Shown: positions 44,011 to 54,991 of the stretch, one piece after another
Numbering within the stretch: position 1 is the first letter of the stretch
Layout of the letters: each line of letters starts with the position of its first letter
The notes under the pieces: generated by a model
Database searches by the model: none
Seen by the model: the letters and a program-made list of their open reading frames with translations, nothing else
What the model was told of the DNA's origin: nothing
DNA from: Nitrospirota bacterium
GTDB lineage: Bacteria; Nitrospirota; Nitrospiria; Nitrospirales; Nitrospiraceae
NCBI GenBank assembly: GCA_963701855.1
Contig: CAVPBK010000012.1
Span: forward strand, 43,083 to 107,082
Length of the DNA: 64,000 bases
Direction of reading: 5' to 3'
Translations under genes and position numbers: made by a program

Positions 44011-45342
44011 ATGACAGCTCGAGGAATACTGTTAAGCCTCTTCGCAATTCCCTTGGCCTTTGGATCGTCCCTTGCTCTGGGGGCGGAGAGAGACCAGGAC
44101 GGAATCGGGTTCTACACGGCAGTGTTGGGTCAAGCCAGTGTCACGCATCCCGGTGAAGATCGAGTCCTTCCAGTCAAGCTCCATGACGAGGTGTTGTTCA
44201 AAGATGTGATTCAGACCCAACACGAATCGCGCACAAAAGCGTTGTTTCAAGATGACAGCATGCTGACTGTGGGAGAAAACAGTCGGGTGGAGATCGACGA
44301 GTACATATTCAACCCGGAAAAGAACGTCCGGCGGGCTGTTGTGAAACTTATGCAAGGCCAAGTGCGGGCCCTGGTGAGCAAAGTGTTTAAAGCGAATGGG
44401 TCAAGATTCGAGATCCATACTCCCTCGGCTGTCGCGGCAGCCCGGGGAACCTATTTCACCGTCTGGGTCGAAAATGGACAGTCGGGCATTATCAACATTG
44501 GTGAGAAGGGACGCGTTGATTTTACGTCGGGTGGAATGACGGTTGCCGTTGATCCCGGATTCTTCTCGATCGCCCTTGAAGGTCACGCTCCATCGGCCCC
44601 TCTGCCGCATCATCTTGGCCTAAAAGGCCATGACCCGATGGGCAATGATCAGTCGGAAGCGACGGTGAAGACCGCCGACAAGAAGACTGCTTCAACGCAC
44701 TTGATATTTCACGATCAAGGTCAGAATGTAATTCGCCCGATCGAGAAGGCCGAACTGACCATGGCATCCTCTCCGGCTGGACTCACTCGGGCATTGACGG
44801 CCGTTGAGCTGACGACACTGCGCGAAGCGCCTCTCGTTGAATTGCCGGCGCAGGTGCTCCAGGCATTGAACCTTGATGCGCGCTTGATGAAGGCGCTGAC
44901 AACCTTGACCAATCGACCCACCGGGTCTCTTGTAGGAAGCAGCGGAGGAACGACGGCTGTGGCGACGGGAACGCTCACGACCGGGACTCTCACTGTTGGA
45001 TCTGTCTCTGTGGGAACGACGTCACCTTCTGGAGGAACTGTTTCCGTGGGGTCTCTTTCCGTGGGGTCCGTTTCTGTTGGATCTACGGTTGTAGCTCCAT
45101 TGACTACCGTCGTCTCAACCGTAGTTGCCCCGGTGACTCCGCTAATTTCATCGGTCGTGGCGCCTGTAGCCCCCCTGATCTCAACTGTTATAGCCCCCGT
45201 GGCACCCATCATCACAACTGTTGTGGCACCGGTGGCTCCAGTCATCGCACCGATCGTGGCTCCGGTGACCCCGGTTGTCACTACGATACTCGCAACTCCG
45301 CCCGCTGTCCTCAACGGCGCATTGAGTCTGCTGAAACACTAG
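44011..45342 (+). CDS. FecR-domain secreted protein with V/P/T-rich repeat tail
   Basis: D.IQT...SR....F.DDS.L.VGENS, FEIHTPSAVAAARGT.F. Confidence 0.88.
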   Translation: MTARGILLSLFAIPLAFGSSLALGAERDQDGIGFYTAVLGQASVTHPGEDRVLPVKLHDEVLFKDVIQTQHESRTKALFQDDSMLTVGENSRVEIDEYIFNPEKNVRRAVVKLMQGQVRALVSKVFKANGSRFEIHTPSAVAAARGTYFTVWVENGQSGIINIGEKGRVDFTSGGMTVAVDPGFFSIALEGHAPSAPLPHHLGLKGHDPMGNDQSEATVKTADKKTASTHLIFHDQGQNVIRPIEKAELTMASSPAGLTRALTAVELTTLREAPLVELPAQVLQALNLDARLMKALTTLTNRPTGSLVGSSGGTTAVATGTLTTGTLTVGSVSVGTTSPSGGTVSVGSLSVGSVSVGSTVVAPLTTVVSTVVAPVTPLISSVVAPVAPLISTVIAPVAPIITTVVAPVAPVIAPIVAPVTPVVTTILATPPAVLNGALSLLKH

Positions 45343-45407
45343 CGTCTTGCGGCGATCGACGAGATGTCTGCGGCCCTTGGCTCAATCGGCCAAGGGCCGC
45401 AGTTGTT

Positions 45408-47663
45408 ATGGTCGGTAATCCCTCTGGAAGGGAGGACGATGCGCACTGTGCAAATTGTCTTGTCCCCCTAATACAACCAGGCACAATGATACCCAATGAA
45501 CGGAACGCCTGCTCCCAATCCTTGAAGGGTAAACAACGTCTCGTGAAATTCTCAGCAGACAACAACCCGGGAGTCGGGTTTCGACTCGGACTCGGCCTGG
45601 GCGTGGCCGTCACGATCGGTTTGGCATTTCTGACGTGGCTGGCCCCCAACATCGTCGTGCGTCTCGACAATACCGCCTTGGATTTTCAATTCCGCCTGCG
45701 GGGCGAACGAAATCCTGGGCAGGAAGTCGTGCTCGTGTTGGTCGACGAGAAAAGCCTCAAAGAGATTGGACGATGGCCCTGGCCTCGCGACAAGCAAGCG
45801 CGTCTCGTCGATCAGATTTACGCAGGCGAGCCGGCTGTGCTTGGCCTCGATATTATCTACGCCGAACCGGAAGAATCCGACGCGATCCGTAATATCAAGT
45901 CATGGTTGGCTGCGGCACAGCAGAAGGAACCGTTATCCAACAAAGTGCTCGGACTGTTGAAAGCCCGCCTCCAAGCCTTAGACACAGATCAGCAATTGGC
46001 CCAGAGCTTGACGCGAGCAGGCGCAGTCGTGCTGGCTATGCCATTTTTCTTGCCGGAGAGCCAGATAACCGGCTCATTGCCCGACACAGCCCGAGCGGTT
46101 CCGGAATACCTACTGAAGAGTGAGTTCATGCTCGTGAAGCAGACGAAGTCTGCTGAAGAGTCTCACCCCTATGAAGCGGCGGCCATGCTTCCCCCACTCG
46201 GCACATTTGCACAACAGGCAACGGGTCTCGGGCATGTCTATCGATTGTCCGACCATGATGGCGTCACCCGTCGCGAGGTGCTCGCCCTGCGCCACGGAGA
46301 TGCCTACTATCCCTCTTTTGCGCTGGAAGTCGCGCGGCTCTATCTCGGCCAGACCAGAGAGCATATGGCGCTCTTGCTTGGAGACGGAGTGCAGGTTGGC
46401 GCGACGCTCGTACCGACGGATCAAAGGCTTCGAATGCTCATTAATTACGCCGGTCGGGATCTGCGATTTCCCTGGGTGTCCGCGACCGATGTGATCCACC
46501 ATCGAATCCCATCAGATCACTTCCGGGGGAAGGCCGTTCTAGTCGGAACGGCTGCGTTGGGAACATACGATCAGCTCAGTACACCCTTCTCCGCCAATTT
46601 TTCTGGTGTCGAGAAGAATGCCACCGTGATCGAAAATATTCTCCACGAACGGTTTCTGACCGCCGGACTCTGGACCGGCCCCGTCGAATTCGGCCTAGTC
46701 CTGTTCTTCGGATTCATGCTGACCTTTATCCTGCCACGAGTGCGTGCCATACATGGAACGTGGCTGGCAGCAGCGACCTGGATTGGATACGCGGGCACTG
46801 TGCAGGCGCTCTTTGTTGTGAAGGGGATTTGCCTGCCCGTCGTGATGCCGACCCTGACCATCGGATCAGTCTTCGTCGTGACCACAGTCCTCAACTATAT
46901 GTTCAAGGAGCGCCAGGCTAGAGACATTCATTCCATGTTTGCCAGTTACGTCAGTCCTCGAATCGTGCAGGAACTGATGAAATCTCCTTCGAAGGCGACG
47001 TTAGGGGGACAGCGTAAAGAACTGACCATGCTGTTTTCCGATTTGGTCGGGTTTACCACGTTCAGTGAACATCGTCCGGCAGAAGACGTGGTCGATCAGC
47101 TGAATGAATATCTCAGCACCATGACCGACGTGATTTTTCGGTGGAACGGGACGTTGGACAAATTCGTCGGGGACGAAATTGTCGTCTTCTGGGGGGCACC
47201 GCTGGACCAGCCGGACCATGCCGAACTGGCCGTACAATGCGCATTGGAGATGCAGGCGCGATTGAAGGACCTGCAGGCCAGGTGGAAGTCGCAAGGAAAA
47301 CCGATCCTCGAGAATGGGATCGGCATCAACACGGGTGTGGCCTTGGTGGGGAATATCGGCGCGGAGGGCAAAAAAATGGATTACACCATGATCGGCGATC
47401 AGGTGAATCTGGCCGCGCGCTTCCAGGGACTGACCAGAATGCTGGACCATCCAATTCTGTTGACCGAGTTCACGGCATCAAAACTCGCATTGGGGTTGGG
47501 TCGCGAAAAGCCGGACGCGCAACGGGATGGACTCGACCACATCCAGCTCCGAAAGCTTCAAGTGGTCACCGTCAAGGGCCGACAAGCCCCGGTGGGAGCC
47601 TACACAGTGGAATGTCAGTCTGAGAGTGCGAAGCATGTGGAACGTGAAGCCACCGCGGGCTGA
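45408..47663 (+). CDS. CHASE2-domain class III adenylate cyclase
   Basis: GRWPWPR, DHDGVTR; FSDLVGFT, LDKFVGD, GIGINTG, DYTMIGDQVNLAAR. Confidence 0.93.
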   Translation: MVGNPSGREDDAHCANCLVPLIQPGTMIPNERNACSQSLKGKQRLVKFSADNNPGVGFRLGLGLGVAVTIGLAFLTWLAPNIVVRLDNTALDFQFRLRGERNPGQEVVLVLVDEKSLKEIGRWPWPRDKQARLVDQIYAGEPAVLGLDIIYAEPEESDAIRNIKSWLAAAQQKEPLSNKVLGLLKARLQALDTDQQLAQSLTRAGAVVLAMPFFLPESQITGSLPDTARAVPEYLLKSEFMLVKQTKSAEESHPYEAAAMLPPLGTFAQQATGLGHVYRLSDHDGVTRREVLALRHGDAYYPSFALEVARLYLGQTREHMALLLGDGVQVGATLVPTDQRLRMLINYAGRDLRFPWVSATDVIHHRIPSDHFRGKAVLVGTAALGTYDQLSTPFSANFSGVEKNATVIENILHERFLTAGLWTGPVEFGLVLFFGFMLTFILPRVRAIHGTWLAAATWIGYAGTVQALFVVKGICLPVVMPTLTIGSVFVVTTVLNYMFKERQARDIHSMFASYVSPRIVQELMKSPSKATLGGQRKELTMLFSDLVGFTTFSEHRPAEDVVDQLNEYLSTMTDVIFRWNGTLDKFVGDEIVVFWGAPLDQPDHAELAVQCALEMQARLKDLQARWKSQGKPILENGIGINTGVALVGNIGAEGKKMDYTMIGDQVNLAARFQGLTRMLDHPILLTEFTASKLALGLGREKPDAQRDGLDHIQLRKLQVVTVKGRQAPVGAYTVECQSESAKHVEREATAG

Positions 47664-47678
47664 AAAGGAGGCCGCGGG

Positions 47679-49172
47679 TCAGGCGATCTTGCAGATCTTC
47701 GAACGAGGCTGAGTAACTTGGTAGACCTTTTGTCTCGTAAAGACATGCACAAGTTCCGAGTCTAGTTTTCCCTCCTTGCTCTGTCCCTCGAGATAGCTGA
47801 GCGCAGTGTCAGAAGAAATAGCCGCTTTGTATGGCCGATCCGACGCTGTTAAGGCATCGTAGATATCGCAAATCGTCATCATGCGCGCCTGTAGCGGAAT
47901 CTGATTGTGCAGCAACCCACGGGGATAGCCACTGCCATCCAACTTTTCATGGTGGCTCCACGCGATCGACGGCACGTTTTTGAGCGATCTCGACCAGGGG
48001 ATTTTTGACAAGAATTCAAACGTGTGAGCAACATGCCGCTCGATCTCTGTTCGTTCGGACTGGGTGAGAGTGCCCTGGAGCACCGATAGCGCGCCGACTT
48101 CCTCCTCCGTGAGAAAAGGACGGGGGCCATCGTAAGACCGGTATTCCAGCTGCGCGATTTCCTTCAACTTCACGACCTCGGCAGAGGATTGCGTAGTCGG
48201 CTGGTTACATTTCAGGATGAACGAAAACATCTCGTCCACCTCTTTCGTCTGCTGGGCCAGGTGTCGATCCAGTTGTGCCAATAACGTCTGCTTTTTCCCT
48301 CCCCTTCTGGTTTCATGCACCTCCAGCTTGCGACGTAACGTATCGGCTTCCAAAGTCCTCTTGATGAAATCGAACCTCGATTTGATGAGCTCCTGCTGGA
48401 GCTGATACAGCTTCCGTGCTTTAAGGAGAATGTGTTCACGAACTCCGACCTTGCCGAAGTCGTGAAGCACGGCGGCATAACGAAGCTCTTTGAGCTGTTC
48501 GACATTGAATCGAACGTCCGCATAGAGGCCGGAATCGCTTTGAGAGACCGCATCAGCCAGTCGGCACGTGAGGATGGCCACGCGTTGGCTATGCCCGCTG
48601 GTAGTGGGATCGCGGCTTTCAATGGCTTGAACACTGGCGGAAATAAACCCTTCGAACAAGTGATGAATTTCCTCGTAGAGATTGGCGTTCTCGATTGCGA
48701 TGCCGACCTGATGACCAAGCGCGACAAAGGTCTGGAGATCGTCCTCGCCGAATGAATCCCCATTCTTGCGGTTGATGGCTTGGAGCACGCCTAGCAGATG
48801 GCCATGAGCCGTGACGGGCACACAGACCATGTTGCGTGTAACGAATCCACTAGCTTGGTCTACTTGACGGAAGAAACGGGTATCATGCTGGACATCGTTC
48901 ACAATAATAGGTTCTCCGGTTCGAGCGACATGTCCTGCAATCCCTTGCCCGCGCCGAAAACGAGCCTCACGAACAGCCTCGCTCTTCTCGCCATGAGCCA
49001 CATCGAAATACAATTCGCCAGCGGTCTCATCCAACAAGAGGAGCGAGCCGGCTTCGGCATTCATCAAGAGCGTGGCCGCTTCGATGGCACGCTTGCGGAT
49101 GGTCGCGTGGTCAAGACTCGAATTCAGCAGAGCGCTGATTTCCTGAAGTTGTCGCAGGGTTGGATCTTTCAT
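47679..49172 (-). CDS. GAF + HD-GYP phosphodiesterase
   Basis: GQGIAG GAF; GHSQRV, LHDFGK, HHEKLDGSGYP, DIYDALT..RPYK. Confidence 0.92.
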   Translation of the reverse strand: MKDPTLRQLQEISALLNSSLDHATIRKRAIEAATLLMNAEAGSLLLLDETAGELYFDVAHGEKSEAVREARFRRGQGIAGHVARTGEPIIVNDVQHDTRFFRQVDQASGFVTRNMVCVPVTAHGHLLGVLQAINRKNGDSFGEDDLQTFVALGHQVGIAIENANLYEEIHHLFEGFISASVQAIESRDPTTSGHSQRVAILTCRLADAVSQSDSGLYADVRFNVEQLKELRYAAVLHDFGKVGVREHILLKARKLYQLQQELIKSRFDFIKRTLEADTLRRKLEVHETRRGGKKQTLLAQLDRHLAQQTKEVDEMFSFILKCNQPTTQSSAEVVKLKEIAQLEYRSYDGPRPFLTEEEVGALSVLQGTLTQSERTEIERHVAHTFEFLSKIPWSRSLKNVPSIAWSHHEKLDGSGYPRGLLHNQIPLQARMMTICDIYDALTASDRPYKAAISSDTALSYLEGQSKEGKLDSELVHVFTRQKVYQVTQPRSKICKIA

Positions 49173-49391
49173 AATCTGGAATCCTGTACGCGACTGTGCG
49201 CAGAGTACTTTCTGGAAACTGTAACACGGGCGGCATGTTTTGCACGGAAAAGTGCTGTTTGGAAGTAAAGGGGAAAGAGTGTGTTGTGCCCGGTTAAAAA
49301 GTAGACGGGTGGCTTATTCAGCTGGATGTATGAAGCCCAATGAAATTATTCAAAACCCATCGTAGCGGAAGACAGCCGAGGGGAGTCCTGA

Positions 49392-49790
49392 TGATGATGC
49401 AGAGTAAGAACGGCACTCACCGCACGATCCCCTTAAATGCAACCGTATACGAGCTGCTCGCGGCCAAGCAAGCGACGACGAAAGCCGCACGCGGCCCCGT
49501 GTTCACAACCCCTCGCGGGAATGAACTTCGCGTACGGTACCTGGCTCGGGAGTTTTGCGAGGCGCGCGATCGGGCAGGCATTCCAGACTTCCGCTTTCAC
49601 GACTTGCGGTACACGCTCACCACACGCTTAGTGCAACGTGGCGTGGATTTGTACAAGGTACAATGTCTGCTCGGTCACAAGACCAGCCAGATGACGCAAC
49701 GCTATGCGCATCATTCGCCGGAGAGTTTGCGAGAGGGTGTGAACGTGTTGGATGGGCCGCACCCGCAGCGAGTTAGCACACGGAGCGATT
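49392..49790 (+). pseudogene. tyrosine integrase C-terminal remnant
   Basis: SKNG..R.IPL, FRFHDLR, LLGH, MTQRYAH. Confidence 0.85.
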
Positions 49791-49839
49791 GTGACCGGTC
49801 TTACGAGAGCAAGAACGCTTGGAAGTGAATGATTGTAAA

Positions 49840-49884
49840 TGGTGAGCCGGCTGGGACTCGAACCCAGGACCCTCGCATTAAAAG
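49840..49884 (-). repeat. att: tRNA-Lys(TTT) 3' half
   Basis: reverse complement CTTTTAATGCGAGGGTCCTGGGTTCGAGTCCCAGCCGGCTCACCA. Confidence 0.85.
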
Positions 49885-50407
49885 AGCTACTCAGACACTT
49901 ACTACTAAAGATGATCGAGTGAGACCAATTGATACGATCCCACTGAAGTCATGCAATATTTCTTTCCTCCACTCCATTACCATTTACGACCTAGACATAT
50001 CTCTGATCGTCACCAAAACCGCTACCGAACCGCAAAAAAACCGCTACCCATGAAAAGGTTCTACTGTGTCGAAGGCGAGGTTTGACTTTGGGCTATCTCC
50101 GCTTCTCCAGCGGTGACACAGATCTCATAGGCATCAATCATGATTCTCAAAACATCTGGAGCCATTCCTGGGTGATATGGAGTGAAACAGAGTCAGCGGA
50201 GGATAGTACTGCTATACAACCGTTTTACGACCGCAACTTATATCTAGTTCGAGTCCTGTCTGCACACAGGGTTCAAAAACCTCTCTCGAACTCAAGACTC
50301 GATAGGTCGATTTTTCCAGGGCTTTGACGTATCCTTCCGACTGTTCCAAAAACGAATCTTTCTGACAAGGAGCGTCAGCCCGTGAAGGAAAACCCGGAGG
50401 AGGAATC

Positions 50408-51531
50408 AATGAAATCACGAGCAAACACCGACTCCTATTCCCCTATCCTCCAGCATTGTGTCGTCAACCTCCTAGGTGCAATCCGCACCGTCGTGAGCAT
50501 TATGCGTAGGGCTAGCGTTCTGCAGTCCTGTCCTTGAGGCATCGGCGCTGCCCCCCGCAGATGAAGTATTGCAGGAGCTGCAGATTTCGGACCGCGACCG
50601 GCAGAGAATCCGGGAGGGCGAAATTGTCACGTGGACGGCCACTGAAGGATCGGATCGGGAGCTGGCCCTCGGCATGGCCTTGTTGGTGAAGACAAAGACT
50701 GAGAATCTTACCGATCTCTTTCGTGAGGCGGCTACGTTTATGAACATCAAGGTGATCACTGGGTTTGGAAGGATTGGGAACATTGGGTTTGGAACGATTG
50801 AGAACGAAGGGTCAGTGGCCGATTTTGCAGGGGTGACGCTGGCTCCAAACGGAGAGAAAGAAGCCCGGCGCTACCTCAAAGGGGAACCGGGCGATGACCT
50901 GAATCTGGACGCCAAGGAGATGGCGGCCTTTCGGGCGCTGAACTCAGCCAGCAAGGACGGGGCGGTGCCGATTCAGAAGGTGGAGGCACTGATACGCGAG
51001 GGGTTGCTGGCGCGCTACCAGGCCTATCACACGAAGGGATTGGCAGGCGTCGCGCCTTACGCACGCAAGAGCGGGCCTCACCTCCTCGCGAGCGACGAGC
51101 TGTCCATTGCTACAAAACAATCGAAGCTCCTTGCGAAGTATCTCCCCTCCGTGTACGACGTACTCATCAAGTATCCGGCCACCACCTTAAGGCAAGGCGA
51201 GGAGCTCGAGGAACAGTTTTTGTGGATTAATAGCGAAGTCTTTGGGCGTCCGACCTTTGCCTTGTCTCACCGCCTACTCTTCCAGGTCGGCGAAGCCTAT
51301 GTCTTCGTGGATCGCCAATACTACGCCAGCCATGACTACAACTGCCTGCAACAAGGGGCGGCGGCGCTCCCAACGGAGGACGGCACGGTCGTCGTCTACC
51401 TCAGTCGTGTGTCGACCGAGCAGGTCGCCGGATTTGGATCCTCGATGAAGCATTCCGCGTCTCGTGTCCTGATGACGCCCTACTTCAAGGACTTGCTTGA
51501 GGCCCTTCGGGCGAAGGCCCAGAAGCAGTAG
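50408..51531 (+). CDS. secreted hypothetical protein, probable frameshift near 50495
   Basis: RBS GGAGGA; long ORF 50569..51531 with a signal-like segment upstream. Confidence 0.6.
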
Positions 51532-51755
51532 CGCGATGCTGAGGATGTTTTAAATCTTGGATTAGCTTAGGACATAAGCCAAAACGGGGTACTTTCTGGA
51601 TAGACCAGGAAGTAAAAATCAGTTCTTTTTGACCCCCCTGAATTCCAGCCTTTATCCTCAAGGAAATCACTATGATCATCGCGAGAGATATCACAAGCTA
51701 TTTGACCCCCCTCAGGAACCATCGGGTGGCAACAGTGAGAGGGGCAGGTTCCCGC

Positions 51756-52742
51756 TCATGAGTCATTTAGCAGGAGGACTTCTTCCATGAGTCGTTCGAG
51801 ATCTTGGCTCATGAGATTGATGTCGGATTCGAGAAGATCCAACATGGCGGCTCGAGCACGAAGGTCTTCAATCTCAGAGGAGCCTCCCTCACCAAAAAAC
51901 AGAGCCGTACGACGCTGCTCCAGCTCCGAACCTGCCTCCCCAAACCGACCGTCTTGACGCCAGCGGATGATGAGGGATTCTCGTAAGGACCGCTGCGCAG
52001 GATCGTCGGGTAACGGACGGGTCAAGTGCCGCCATACTGAAGGAGGAATCAGCGCTGGTTCTTCAGGCGCCATCCACACCTCCTGCAAGAGGTTACGCGC
52101 GTGTCGAAAGTCATAGTGGGTGTCGTCGAAAAAAGCAGACAGGCCGAACCATGTTGCCACACTGCCTCCGAATATCGCAGCGGCGGCTGCGGCCGTTTCT
52201 TGCAATGCGAGTTCCAATGCGCCAGCGACGATGCCGATCATGGCATCACCCACGATGGCGATGAGTGTGTATTGTCGAATGCGTTTGTCACGCACCTCGT
52301 GCAACCCATCCGCAAGCTGATCGGCTCGTTCTTCTTCGCAATCGGCTTCGGCAGCGGCTCTGGCGACATCCAGAAAGGCCAGTAATATGCGATTCGAGAG
52401 CTGTTGCTGCACGTGAAGGCGTTCGATGGTCATGGCCCCACCATGTTGATCCGCCTCTGCCTTCAGAATCGTCAGTTGCGCGAGGAGATCTTTGACGCCG
52501 ATACTGTCGGCGATACTCTGGGATTGCGGAGAAAATCGCCCGGCAAGCACATCAGGATTGACTGGAAGGCGCTCCGAGCCAACAGGCATGCGAGAGAGGT
52601 TTTGGTTGAGAGATCGGTGAACGGGCGAGACAGGTCCGCACCGACGGTCCACAACCTCGGGGTGAAGCAGAGGGGTTGGTCTCGTAGCACACCCGGAGAC
52701 GAGGCCCAACAGGAGTACTGCGATAAGCAGGATGGTGGCCAC
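51756..52742 (-). CDS. putative lipoprotein
   Basis: VSGC lipobox; hydrophobic hairpin mid-protein. Confidence 0.7.
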   Translation of the reverse strand: MATILLIAVLLLGLVSGCATRPTPLLHPEVVDRRCGPVSPVHRSLNQNLSRMPVGSERLPVNPDVLAGRFSPQSQSIADSIGVKDLLAQLTILKAEADQHGGAMTIERLHVQQQLSNRILLAFLDVARAAAEADCEEERADQLADGLHEVRDKRIRQYTLIAIVGDAMIGIVAGALELALQETAAAAAAIFGGSVATWFGLSAFFDDTHYDFRHARNLLQEVWMAPEEPALIPPSVWRHLTRPLPDDPAQRSLRESLIIRWRQDGRFGEAGSELEQRRTALFFGEGGSSEIEDLRARAAMLDLLESDINLMSQDLERLMEEVLLLNDS

Positions 52743-53101
52743 TCAGTATCTTCCTCATGAGTACGCCAGACGAGTTTCGACTGGATGGGTTAGTCTCTTC
52801 GAAACCGCGTGGACTAAGCCTAAACCGTAGCGTGACGATAAGTATGCGTAGAATTAGACCGCGATAAACTAGGGGAAACCCTGGAGGGCAGAACAGTCCA
52901 TCATTGGAATGGTATTCGATCATTTTTCGCATTTTTGAGGAAACCACTTTGGGCTTCGTCGATGGGCTGCTGGGGCTCACTCAGTCGGATTGTGCTAATG
53001 AAATGGACCCAGCCTTCTTCCCACACGAGCCTCACCGGAGGCAAGATGAGTGTTGGTGAGCGCGCCACACACACTCATGGTCAGGAAGAAGGGAGGGGAC
53101 T

Positions 53102-54118
53102 ATGCATATCTCGACATTGGGGATCGATTTGGCAACGCAGGTGTTGCAGTTGCACGGGGTGGATGCGCGAGGGCATGCGGTGCGCAGCCGACGCGTGAAG
53201 CGCAGTCAGGTGATGGAGGCGGTGGCGAGCCTGCCGCCTTGTGTGATCGGGATGGAGGCCTGCGGGAGTGCGCATCACTGGGGGTGAGTGGTTGAACAGC
53301 TCGGGCCTACCGTCAAGCTGATGAGCCCCCAGTACGTCACGCCCTATGTCAAGACCAACAAGCATGCTGCTCGAGACGCAGAAGCGATCTGCGAAGCGGT
53401 CAGTCGGCCCACCAGGCGCGGTGTCTCGATCAAGACCGTGGAACAAGCCGATCTGCAGGCGTTACACCGCACACGATCACTCCTTGTCAAACACCGGACC
53501 GCCGGCATTAATCAGATTCGGGGCCTGTTGGCCGAGTAGGGGTTGGTGATTGCGCAATCCCCGGAGAAGGTCCGGCCTGCCGTCGTCCGGTTTCTGGATG
53601 ATGCGGAGTCGGGATTGACCACGTTTGCCCGAGAGACCTTCGCCGAGTTGTACGCGCAACGGCCGGAGCTCGACTCACGCATCGAGCGGGTGACGCACCG
53701 GGTGGATGGCGTGTACCGGACGCATCCGGTCTGCCGGAAACTGGCGGCGGGGCCGGGGATTGGTCCGTTGACGGCCACGGCACTGCTGGCGACTGTCGGG
53801 CGGCCTCAGGCGTTTCACAACGGCCGGCATCTGGCGGCCTGGTTGGGCCTGGTGCCTCGGCAATATTCCAGTGGCGGTAGGGAGCGGTTAGGCGGGATTT
53901 CGAAACGCGGGAGTCGGTCTGTGCGGACGCTCTTGATTCATGGGGCGCGCGCCGTCGTACAGCGTGCCGAGCGGAGGGTTGATACGCAAGGACGGTGGCT
54001 GTGGGCGCTCAAATGCCGCAAAGGCACCCATGTCGCCGCGGGGGCCTTGGCCAACAAAAACGCCCGGGTAATCTGGGCCTTGTTGGCCCATGATGAGGTG
54101 TATCGACCACCCGCCTAG
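53102..54118 (+). pseudogene. IS110/IS1111 transposase with two in-frame stops
   Basis: GIDLA, MEAC, GIGP, WLGLVP...SSGG, ISKRG; stops at 53285 and 53537. Confidence 0.92.
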
Positions 54119-54400
54119 GTACAGGCAGGGGGCAAACCGGTCTTCGTGAAGAGACACGAGCCGATCAGACAAGGATTCACACCGAGGAGTGCAGCGCGGA
54201 GCATCCGTGATGACATCACAGGGACACCCGGCGCGTTCAGACCCTGGACACATTGTCGGCCCGGACGAGGCCGTTGTGCTCATGAGGAGAACGCGCGCGT
54301 ATGTCATCAAGGCCCGGACACATCGGTTGTCCATCGAGAGGCCGGATATTATAGACGCTGCCCTGCATTGTGGTTCATCGCGTGATACCCGCCGTTGCAC
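54119..54400 (+). ncRNA. putative seekRNA/bridge RNA
   Basis: position typical of IS1111; contains TTGTGCTCAT (54274-54283) equal to the reconstructed target. Confidence 0.7.
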
Positions 54401-54544
54401 CGGAGGCTGGGTCCATATATCATTTTGTGCTCAACTCCACCTCACTCCACCAACGGTGTCCACAATCAGGGGAAGATCAGACCACCTTGGCTGGAGTGGG
54501 CCTGAGTGAGCCTGAGTAGGCTGGAGTAGGGTGGTGACAAGGCT

Positions 54545-54693
54545 TTCCTAAACCGCTGGTCCTACGACTAGGCCTGTTCACCAATCATCTGATTTAAGGA
54601 CAGTGAGAGTTAGTTTTGGCAGGCTGAGATTTCAAGAGCTTGGAGACTTGAATTTTTGCAGGTTTTGTGGACAGCCGACCAGCGGTTTAGGAA
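54545..54693. repeat. 17-bp perfect inverted repeat of a tRNA-Arg(CCT) anticodon-arm-like core
   Basis: TTCCTAAACCGCTGGTC (54545) / GACCAGCGGTTTAGGAA (54677). Confidence 0.8.
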
Positions 54694-54991
54694 CACGAAC
54701 TCGGCAGAAACACCAGGTCAAAGCAGACCACGCTATACAACGGCAGGCCCAATCCTATCAAGGGGTTTGTGGCCTGCTGTTGCTTCCCCTCCCCTCCTGT
54801 GTTATCCCCTCACCGTGACTCTTTTAGGATCGGAGCCGTGACTGGAATCCGGACACGGAAACGAGCGGCTTGTTCACTTTTCAACGGTACAAACTGATTG
54901 TCACCTTTCTCAATGGAGCCCTTATAGCTTTCGCGTCGCGCCACTTGTTCGCGGAGGCCGCATAATCAGAAGGGTGAGAAGGAGGCCCGCG

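Larger units (their letters stand above)
52996..54419 (+). mobile_element. IS110 family, IS1111 subgroup element
   Basis: 13-bp subterminal IRs ATGGACCCAGCCT (53003-53015 / 54404-54416), 7 nt and 3 nt in from the ends; long non-coding region downstream of the transposase. Confidence 0.9.
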
